Below are positions 57,244 through 64,000 of a stretch of 64,000 nucleotides of DNA, piece by piece (position 1 is the first letter of the stretch; every line of letters starts with the position of its first letter). This stretch comes from Eubacteriales bacterium. GTDB taxonomy: Bacteria > Bacillota > Clostridia > Oscillospirales > JAAYXM01. A program made the position numbers and the translations under genes. The notes beneath the pieces were generated by a model, which was not told the origin of the DNA, made no database searches, and saw nothing but the letters and a program-made list of their open reading frames with translations. Location: positions 10,679 to 74,678 of the forward strand of contig JAZTYJ010000025.1 in NCBI GenBank assembly GCA_045636865.1, written 5' to 3'.

Positions 57244-58626
57244 TTATTTTAAGAAAATATGTAAAAGTTTCTCATAAAGCTTGTTTTTATACGGCTGATA
57301 GCGCATTGGCAAATCAAGCCAGGTCTTTTTATCCATAACTGATTTGTAGTGAGAAAATGCTTCAAATCCGTCTTTGCCGTGATATGAACCCATACCGCTT
57401 TCGCCAACACCGCCAAAGCCCATTTCGCTTGTTGCGAGGTGAACCACTACATCATTTATGCAACCTCCGCCGTAAGAAAGCTCTTTTGTAACGCGGTTAA
57501 TGTGCTTTTTGTTGCTTGAAAACAGATACAATGCAAGGGGCTTATCTTTGTCTTTTAATTCATCAACCAAGTTGTCAAAGTCATCAAATGTAAGTATCGG
57601 CATAATAGGTCCGAAGATTTCTTCTCCCATAACCGCATCATTTTCTGTTACATTATCCATAACAGTTGGTGCAATTTGGTGAGTTTTGCTGTTTGTTTCT
57701 CCACCGATAATAACTTTATCTTTATCTATAAGTCCACAAAGTCTTTCAAAATGTCTTTCGTTGATTATCTTACCGTAATCTTTGTTTTCTAACGGAGTAT
57801 CACCATATTGCTTCTTTATTTGCTTTACAACTTCGTCTATAAATTTATCCTTTATAGAACTTTCGCAAAGAATGTAGTCGGGTGCAACACAGGTCTGACC
57901 GCAGTTTAAATATTTACCGAACACAATCCTTTTTGCCGCAAGTTTAATATTGGCACTATCATCTACGATACACGGGCTTTTGCCACCAAGCTCCAATACA
58001 GCAGGTGTTAAATGCTCGGCAGTTTTACGAAGAACTTCTTTGCCAACCTCCTGGCTTCCCGTGAAGAAAACAAAATCAAACTTCTGCTCTAAAAGTGCTT
58101 GATTTTCTGCTCTGCCTCCCGTTACAACTGCGACATATTCAGGGTCAAAACATTCTGTTATGATTTTCTCTATAATCTTGCTTGTTGCAGGAGAATATGC
58201 ACTTGGTTTAACAATTGCTGTGTTACCTGCTGAAATAGCATCTGCAAGTGGATCAATGGTCAAAAGGAAAGGATAATTCCACGGACTCATAATAAGAGTA
58301 TTGCCATAAGGAACAGGTTGTTTAAAGCTATGGGATGCAAAGTTCGTAATTGGAGTAGCAACTGTTTTTCGCTTTGCAAATCTTTTTGTATGACGAATCA
58401 TATATGAAATCTCGGAAAGAACAAGGCCGCTTTCACACATAAAACCTTCAAAATGGCTTTTCCCCAAATCCATTTTCAAGGCATCATTTACTTCGTTTTG
58501 GTATTTCTTTATGGTTGCGTAAAGTTTTTTAAGCTTTTCAATACGGAATTTAACCGGAATTGTAGCACCGCTTTTATAATATTTCCTCTGCTTTTCAAGC
58601 AGGCTGTTTATTTGTTCACTTGTCAT
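57244..58626 (-). CDS. aldehyde dehydrogenase (ALDH3/YwdH-like)
   Basis: ELGGKSPCIV and the catalytic Cys context NCGQTCVAPDY. Start at ATG 58626 (MTSEQIN). Confidence 0.85.
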   Translation of the reverse strand: MTSEQINSLLEKQRKYYKSGATIPVKFRIEKLKKLYATIKKYQNEVNDALKMDLGKSHFEGFMCESGLVLSEISYMIRHTKRFAKRKTVATPITNFASHSFKQPVPYGNTLIMSPWNYPFLLTIDPLADAISAGNTAIVKPSAYSPATSKIIEKIITECFDPEYVAVVTGGRAENQALLEQKFDFVFFTGSQEVGKEVLRKTAEHLTPAVLELGGKSPCIVDDSANIKLAAKRIVFGKYLNCGQTCVAPDYILCESSIKDKFIDEVVKQIKKQYGDTPLENKDYGKIINERHFERLCGLIDKDKVIIGGETNSKTHQIAPTVMDNVTENDAVMGEEIFGPIMPILTFDDFDNLVDELKDKDKPLALYLFSSNKKHINRVTKELSYGGGCINDVVVHLATSEMGFGGVGESGMGSYHGKDGFEAFSHYKSVMDKKTWLDLPMRYQPYKNKLYEKLLHIFLK

Positions 58627-58627
58627 T

Positions 58628-59836
58628 TTATTTACTCCAATCTGCAATCATATAATAAAAGTTTTCTAACTCTTTTCTTGTCATAAGCTTTGGTACAGGA
58701 TAAAGAGGATTAGCTTCCTTTTCAGCGTATTTTGCCATCAACGGAATATCTTCTTTTTTGATTCCATTTAATTTATCAGGAATACCCATGTCTTTATTCA
58801 ACTTCTTTACTGCTGCAATAAACTTTTTCGCACCTGTTTCATAAGAATCCTTTTTATCACAAATTCCTGCAACCGAGCCAAGCTTATGGAGTTTTTTATA
58901 CACACTTTCCCCGTAAGTTTCAAGGACATAAGGCATAATTACCGCATTAGCAAGACCGTGAGGTGTTCCGTATTTCCCGCCGAGAGAATGTGCAATAGCA
59001 TGAACATATCCTACATAAGATTTTGAAAAGGCAACACCGGCATTGTAAGCTGCATGAAGCATGTTTTCTCTTGCTTTATGATTTGTTCCGTCTTTATAGG
59101 CTTCTTCTACATTATCAAAAATAAGCTTTACCGCCGTAAGTGCAAGCTTTCTTGTTTCTTTTGTTGTTGAACGTCCGATATATGCTTCAACGGCATGCGT
59201 AAGAGCATCCATTCCCGTTGTTGATGTCAAATGCGGCGGTAATGTATATGTAAGAGAAGCATCAAGCACTGCATAGTGGGGGATCAAAGGAAAGCTCATA
59301 AGAGCATATTTATGTTGTTTTTCGCTATCCGTGATAATAGATGCCAAGGTTACTTCACTTCCCGTTCCAGCTGTAGTAGGAACAGCAATTAGTGTTGGCA
59401 ATTTGCGCAGCACTCGAAGAATTCCTTTCATTTGTCCTACAGTTTTCTTAGGATATGCAACTCTTGCTCCGACTGCTTTTGCACAATCCATTGAGGAACC
59501 TCCGCCGATAGCAATAAGGCAGTCGCAATTATTTGATTTGTAAACCGACAATGCTTCTTCAACATTTTTAACTGTGGGATTAGGCATAGTTTTATCATAC
59601 ACCTTATAATGAACCTTGCTCTTTTTTAACGCTTCTTCAAGGGGTGAAACAAGTCCGTTGTTTACAATTCCTTTATCTGTAACGATAAGCACAGATTTAA
59701 CATTTTCTTTTTTCAATACACCATCAAGATCTGCACATGAACTAATAATTTCCGGTTCTCTGTACGGAAGAATGGGCAATGCAATACGGAATGCCGTTTG
59801 AAACACACGACAGAATGCTGATTTAATAAAAAACAT
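58628..59836 (-). CDS. iron-containing alcohol dehydrogenase
   Basis: IAIGGGSSMDCAKA and the His cluster HAIAHSLGGKYGTPHG. Confidence 0.85.
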   Translation of the reverse strand: MFFIKSAFCRVFQTAFRIALPILPYREPEIISSCADLDGVLKKENVKSVLIVTDKGIVNNGLVSPLEEALKKSKVHYKVYDKTMPNPTVKNVEEALSVYKSNNCDCLIAIGGGSSMDCAKAVGARVAYPKKTVGQMKGILRVLRKLPTLIAVPTTAGTGSEVTLASIITDSEKQHKYALMSFPLIPHYAVLDASLTYTLPPHLTSTTGMDALTHAVEAYIGRSTTKETRKLALTAVKLIFDNVEEAYKDGTNHKARENMLHAAYNAGVAFSKSYVGYVHAIAHSLGGKYGTPHGLANAVIMPYVLETYGESVYKKLHKLGSVAGICDKKDSYETGAKKFIAAVKKLNKDMGIPDKLNGIKKEDIPLMAKYAEKEANPLYPVPKLMTRKELENFYYMIADWSK

Positions 59837-59868
59837 AACTATTTCCTTTCTATTATTAATATAACTCT

Positions 59869-59883
59869 AGCACACAGTGTGCT
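59869..59883. promoter_or_regulatory. palindromic operator AGCACACAGTGTGCT upstream of the ADH-ALDH operon
   Basis: Perfect 15-bp palindrome 33 nt upstream of the ADH start. An identical copy lies upstream of tetR. Confidence 0.65.
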
Positions 59884-59928
59884 GTATATTTTTAAAATAG
59901 AGAAAACCTCTCTATTTTAAAAATTATA

Positions 59929-60507
59929 TTAATTCTTTAATCCATCTAAAATAAATTTAAAACCATATCTGTATCGCTTTATCGCTTCGTCCAACGAAAG
60001 TTTTCTGCCAATTGCATCAGTATTAAATCCACGGATAAAACACCAGATTGCATAACTTGTCATATCTGTGTCAACCTTTTTAACATACCCCTTACCAATG
60101 GCATAATTAAGTATCTTCTTGATTTCTTCTATCCACCATTGATAATTACTATCAGTAACAGAATCGTTTTCAAAAACATAATGTGCAAAATTCATCCTTG
60201 TTTCATAGGAAATGATAAGAGTTTTTTCAACTTCATCCATTATTTGTTCAAAAAAATCCAATTCTTCATTAAAATTAAATTTCAAACTCTCCCTAATTTT
60301 TAACACAGATCGTTCGGAAATTATATCAAGAACTTCTTCAATATTGTGAAAACGATTATAAAAAACTCTGTTTGTTATACCAAGGTATTTTAAGATTTTA
60401 CGCACGCTTATATTATGCGCATTTTCAGATAAAGTTAATTTCTCAACAGCTTCTATTATTTGTTCAGACATCTCATCATAAATCAACTTATCACAGGTAT
60501 TAGTCAT
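59929..60507 (-). CDS. TetR/AcrR-family transcriptional regulator
   Basis: HNISVRKILKYLGITNRVFYNRFHNIEEVL (TetR HTH). Start trimmed to ATG 60507 because the operator palindrome lies inside the longer track ORF. Confidence 0.8.
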   Translation of the reverse strand: MTNTCDKLIYDEMSEQIIEAVEKLTLSENAHNISVRKILKYLGITNRVFYNRFHNIEEVLDIISERSVLKIRESLKFNFNEELDFFEQIMDEVEKTLIISYETRMNFAHYVFENDSVTDSNYQWWIEEIKKILNYAIGKGYVKKVDTDMTSYAIWCFIRGFNTDAIGRKLSLDEAIKRYRYGFKFILDGLKN

Positions 60508-60524
60508 AAGAACACCCCTTGTCC

Positions 60525-60539
60525 AGCACACAGTGTGCT
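60525..60539. promoter_or_regulatory. second copy of operator AGCACACAGTGTGCT (tetR autoregulation site)
   Basis: Identical 15-bp palindrome 18 nt upstream of the tetR ATG. Confidence 0.65.
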
Positions 60540-60698
60540 GATTCATATTACCATATTATTCATTAATTGTCAATAGCTTTGTTATTCTCAATTGCTCAAA
60601 ATCACATTAAAATCATACGCTGAATCAATTTAACAATTCTTTATATACATAAAAAAACAGAACGATTTAGAATGTCATCTAAATCGTTCTGTTTTGGT

Positions 60699-60723
60699 GG
60701 AAGAGCCGAATGGTTTAGATGCC
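60699..60723 (+). repeat. 25-nt repeat, copy 2
   Basis: GGAAGAGCCGAATGGTTTAGATGCC, preceded by the hairpin ACAGAACGATTTAGA-n5-TCTAAATCGTTCTGT. A more diverged third copy (GAAGCGAACAATTTAGATAC) lies at ~60789-60810. Confidence 0.7.
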
Positions 60724-61070
60724 ACCTCTGAAAGCCTTATTTTATCAGGCTTTTCGGACATCATCCTTTTTAGTCAGAACTAAGGAGTGAAGCGAACAAT
60801 TTAGATACACTTCGTCAAAACGCAATACTATCAAGGGTTTGTGGAGGAAATTCAAATGAAACAAAATCTTTAAGGAGGATAGATACCAAAATTAGATTTA
60901 TAAGAATCAAGACTGTTCGTTAGAATTTGTTACTTAATACTAATCCTATATATTCTTTCCTATTATTAACGGTCGAAAGGAAGCATTGTTTCCTCTCGAC
61001 CGTTGTTCGTGCAATATTTATTTAGTCGATGGTTCGAATTGGAGACGTGTCACCAACAGATATAAATGAT

Positions 61071-61526
61071 TTACTGCAGGCTCATTCCTTCGTCCTGATC
61101 CTGCTCTTCAACACATGCATCTTCAAATTCCATTCCGTAATTCTTTATGGAATTCATATCTTCGACCATCTCTATATGATTCGAGTCAAAATTGTCTGAT
61201 GGGCATTTCAATGTAATGCCTTTATCTCTGAATGTTCGGAGAGCTGCTAGTGTATCTTCGAGATTTCTACTAAAATTTTTCATTGATACACTGGCTATCA
61301 TATCTACTTCACCTGCATCAACCATTTCCATAACCTTTTGGTATCCCGGTCGATCTAAAAGTGGAGTTGTTGCAGAACAGTCATCAGAGAATTCAGCGAC
61401 TATAGTATACTCAGAATACTGCCCTATCTCTTCTTCCAATTCAGAAATCTTATCTAAATGAAGCTTTCTTGTTTCTTCATTAAGCGAAACATAACAGTCA
61501 TAAATTACAACTCTGCATTTATCCAT
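61071..61526 (-). CDS. serine-recombinase (resolvase) catalytic-domain-only protein
   Basis: 151 aa: VVIYDCYVSLNEE (YxxVS nucleophile context), DRPGYQKVMEMVDAGEVDMI, NFSRNLEDT. There is no C-terminal DNA-binding domain. Confidence 0.55.
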   Translation of the reverse strand: MDKCRVVIYDCYVSLNEETRKLHLDKISELEEEIGQYSEYTIVAEFSDDCSATTPLLDRPGYQKVMEMVDAGEVDMIASVSMKNFSRNLEDTLAALRTFRDKGITLKCPSDNFDSNHIEMVEDMNSIKNYGMEFEDACVEEQDQDEGMSLQ

Positions 61527-61916
61527 ACAATTCCCTCCGTTTCCTATTTATATTATATCACAAGTTATAAACAATGCAATTTACATTATCTACAATTTTC
61601 TCATTCAAGTTTATTGCTCATCTTTTAATCGCTTGGTGTGCTGCCGATGTCCGGCTGTGACATTTCAAAGCAAACAAGCTAGGACTACTATAAAACCCAT
61701 TAGGGAGACTTTGAATGCACAATCGGCAGCACACAAGCTTCGAATAAAAGGAGAAACTTTATAATAAGGATGATTTTCCTGAAATGCTGACTGCCCAAAG
61801 AACACTACGAGAGCTAAAGGAGATGGGGTATGAATGAACCCAAAAAAATTCTCTGTGTATTCACCATCAGCACTCAAGGATAGCGAAGTATCCTTACCAT
61901 AAAGTTAATGGCATAG

Positions 61917-62663
61917 TTATTGCGTTTTGAAATACTCTTTTATAATTCTTCTGTAAAACTCCAAAATCAAGACACGTTCCATATGCTTATCAAAATGAGT
62001 ATAGATTCCAGGTTTTCTATCTTTGTACTTCAAAACATCGTAGAAATAATCAACAAACATTTCCTTCGCAGACCTTTCGACAGTTCTGCTTGTTGGAATA
62101 TACCTGTTGATTTCGTGGTGTATGTATTCAGCATCAAACTTTTTACTGATTACTCTGTATAAGGTCGTGCCTATTAAATTTGCGATATACTTCTCTTTAT
62201 CTTCCTGAATATTGATTTTTGGAAGGAAAACATTTATGACATCATTCTTTTCTTTAACGCACAGTTCAACACAACCACTGATCATAGGAAGTTCCGCTAT
62301 ATTTAATGTACCTTCTGCCTCCATGCAGGACAGCACTTCACACTTGCTTTCACATTCGTCCAAAACCGCCTCAAATTCTTCTTTAGTAATCTGTTCGGTT
62401 TCTTCTTCGTCTGTTTCTGCAAACATTCTACAATTGCTCACAAACTCGTACAATGCTTCGACTACTTCATCTCCATCTTCTGCAACAACCATATATGATG
62501 AAAGAATTGTTAAATAGTCATTACCTGTCGCATCTTCGAGCTTTGCTTTTAATTCCATGCATTCGTCATCATTATCTCTCAGCAGGGCATTTTTGCAGAA
62601 TTCATCCGCAGCATCTATCAATTCTGATAATGACCTTGCGTTTAATATATTATTGATAGTCAT
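61917..62663 (-). CDS. hypothetical protein, tandem paralogue 1 (248 aa)
   Basis: Collinear with the 62695-63441 product (ILNA.., QIT.EEF...EC..CE, N(V/I)FLP, KYI...IG..(L)Y). Confidence 0.45.
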   Translation of the reverse strand: MTINNILNARSLSELIDAADEFCKNALLRDNDDECMELKAKLEDATGNDYLTILSSYMVVAEDGDEVVEALYEFVSNCRMFAETDEEETEQITKEEFEAVLDECESKCEVLSCMEAEGTLNIAELPMISGCVELCVKEKNDVINVFLPKINIQEDKEKYIANLIGTTLYRVISKKFDAEYIHHEINRYIPTSRTVERSAKEMFVDYFYDVLKYKDRKPGIYTHFDKHMERVLILEFYRRIIKEYFKTQ

Positions 62664-62694
62664 AAACTTTCTCCTTTCACTACATTTATCAATC

Positions 62695-63441
62695 TCATTT
62701 TTTTGAATTATAAATTATATTTGAAATAATCACTCTCAAGTGATTTGCCACCTTACCTGCATCTCTTTTGGGTACAAAGCATTCCTCTGCGTTTTCATCA
62801 AAAAGAAACATATCATAAAAACAAATCTTATACAGTTCCTGCGTAGTCAGGTTACTTTCCCTTATCTTTTTCGAATTATTTCTTAAATTCTTGCATATTC
62901 GGAAACTTCCCGATCTTTGCACTTCAAGTTCGTAGATTAATAGGCCGATAAATTCGCCTATATATTTCCTTATATTTGTTTCTGTCGGTACACGAGGTAA
63001 AAATATATTCAAGGTTTTGTCTACTATCAGATAGCAGTTCTCTTGACTATATACTCCCTTGTCCGTTTCAATTATATTTAAATTATAAACTTCTGAAAGC
63101 AGTTCTTTTAATTCACAATATTCACTGCATTCTTCTACTATTTCCATGAACTCTTTCTCTGTAATCTGAATTGTTGTTTCCTTTTTTACATTATGGAAAG
63201 CTTCACAATCTACTTCAAATGTAATAAGGCTATCCATAAACTCCTCACCGTCATTACATGGTGGCAAATATGAATATAACCACCTGTGGATTGCACTATC
63301 AGTTTTTTTCTTCAACGCATCCATTAGCAAATGTAAAATATCATCACTTTCTCTTTCATTAAACCCAAACCAGAAATCACTTACAGTTCGGATCAAACCA
63401 GGGATTGTCTTTGCATTTAATATTCTTTCTATAAGATCCAT
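62695..63441 (-). CDS. hypothetical protein, tandem paralogue 2 (248 aa)
   Basis: Same length and motif order as 61917-62663. Confidence 0.45.
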   Translation of the reverse strand: MDLIERILNAKTIPGLIRTVSDFWFGFNERESDDILHLLMDALKKKTDSAIHRWLYSYLPPCNDGEEFMDSLITFEVDCEAFHNVKKETTIQITEKEFMEIVEECSEYCELKELLSEVYNLNIIETDKGVYSQENCYLIVDKTLNIFLPRVPTETNIRKYIGEFIGLLIYELEVQRSGSFRICKNLRNNSKKIRESNLTTQELYKICFYDMFLFDENAEECFVPKRDAGKVANHLRVIISNIIYNSKK

Positions 63442-63483
63442 ATATATTTCCTCCCTCGAAACAAAAACAGCCTTTCGGCTGTT

Positions 63484-63690
63484 TCATCTTTTCTTTATAT
63501 ATTCGTATTCATATTCGGACACGCTGTGCGCCCATTTCACTCTGTTTCTGTATTCCTCTTCCATTAGTTCGAGCCGGATTGCTTCTGTCACTATATCATT
63601 CGAGTCATTCATTATTTCAAGGCTCTCAAAGGTTATTACCTCACCGTATTCTTTGTCGTAAATTATAATGATTTCGTACATTCCTCTCAT
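63484..63690 (-). CDS. small hypothetical protein (68 aa)
   Basis: Lies directly downstream of the recombinase stop. Acidic and helical. Confidence 0.35.
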   Translation of the reverse strand: MRGMYEIIIIYDKEYGEVITFESLEIMNDSNDIVTEAIRLELMEEEYRNRVKWAHSVSEYEYEYIKKR

Positions 63691-63703
63691 GATGTATCAC
63701 CTT

Positions 63704-64000
63704 TTACAAGTTCGTTGTAAGGGTTACTGTGTTCATCAGAGTGATTTCGACCTTTTCCTCTGACAGTATTCTTACTCTGCTAACAAGCTTCCTTGCTACA
63801 TCGTCATCATACTCTTCATACTTGAATGGCATTTGTGAGATCATATCGAATATCTCTCTTATCTCGCCTGAGTGTGCATTTTCAATTTGTTGTTTTGCTC
63901 TTGCTGAGTTGAGTTTTTCTTGCAGGTTTCTTACCTCATCGTGCTTTTCTTTGCACTTACGGTCTATTTCTGTTCTGCTTTCTCTGTTCTCTACGCACTG
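63704..64000 (-). CDS. large serine recombinase, C-terminal end (N-terminus beyond the window)
   Basis: Own translation: ...EIDRKCKEKHDEVRNLQEKLNSARAKQQIENAHSGEIREIFDMISQMPFKYEEYDDDVARKLVSRVRILSEEKVEITLMNTVTLTTNL*. This is the coiled-coil plus 'FDD..VR.L(I/V)..I.V.....I.I' tail typical of TndX/CcrB/phage-type serine integrases. Confidence 0.55.
   Translation of the reverse strand, partial: QCVENRESRTEIDRKCKEKHDEVRNLQEKLNSARAKQQIENAHSGEIREIFDMISQMPFKYEEYDDDVARKLVSRVRILSEEKVEITLMNTVTLTTNL

Larger units (their letters stand above)
61071..64000. mobile_element. edge of an integrated mobile element (serine-recombinase type)
   Basis: Recombinase tail, resolvase-domain protein, orphan paralogues and AT-rich composition. 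The limits are unknown because the element continues past the window. Confidence 0.4.

Noticed and set aside
61665-61877. 70-aa minus-strand ORF in the intergenic gap of the mobile element.
   Set aside because: It overlaps the long inverted-repeat structure, lacks an RBS and has an odd composition. Left uncalled.

Overview
Clostridia-like chromosomal window; the taxon is inferred from yunB, a T-box, a glycine riboswitch, SLH domains and low-GC usage. No GC, BLAST or HMM values were computed; every call comes from reading the sequence and ORF translations.

**1-19.2 kb: minus-strand housekeeping.** ruvB (edge-truncated), ruvA, ruvC, a YgiQ radical-SAM gene and ftsK. Next comes a Leu-specific T-box leader driving a catalytically degenerate isopropylmalate-synthase homologue plus a TIM-barrel::acyl-CoA-ligase fusion. 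Then putP, a glycine-riboswitch-controlled AGCS symporter, a ZIP transporter, trmO, a cupin gene, ligA, yunB, tRNA-Asp and tRNA-Thr.

**19.2-44.3 kb: apparent genomic island.** A perfect 49-bp copy of the 3' half of tRNA-Thr recurs at 44240-44288, so this ~25-kb stretch looks like a tRNA-integrated island. I found no integrase in it. It carries:
- an AT-rich module of orphan genes around a WYL (BrxR/CapW-like) regulator, including three distant paralogues with uracil-DNA-glycosylase-like motifs; this is the best candidate for an undescribed defence-type system;
- a secreted GH18-like/SLH protein;
- a GGDEF cyclase and an EAL phosphodiesterase;
- one tightly coupled 11.7-kb operon: HD-GYP::SDR-like::PelD fusion, PelE-like, PelA deacetylase-like (DUF2194), PelF, PelG, then a CotH-kinase lipoprotein, a VTC (polyphosphate-polymerase-like) protein and a DUF4956 membrane protein.

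**44.3-60.5 kb: sugar and peptide metabolism.** murQ, an XRE-HTH::MurK-like kinase fusion, glycosidase-like genes, an AraC regulator and pepF. Also a GC-rich structured RNA candidate bracketed by terminators, and a TetR/Fe-ADH/ALDH cassette with duplicated palindromic operators and flanking 25-nt repeats.

**61-64 kb: edge of another mobile element.** The C-terminus of a large serine recombinase, two tandem paralogues and a resolvase-domain-only protein.

No CRISPR array or rRNA was seen.
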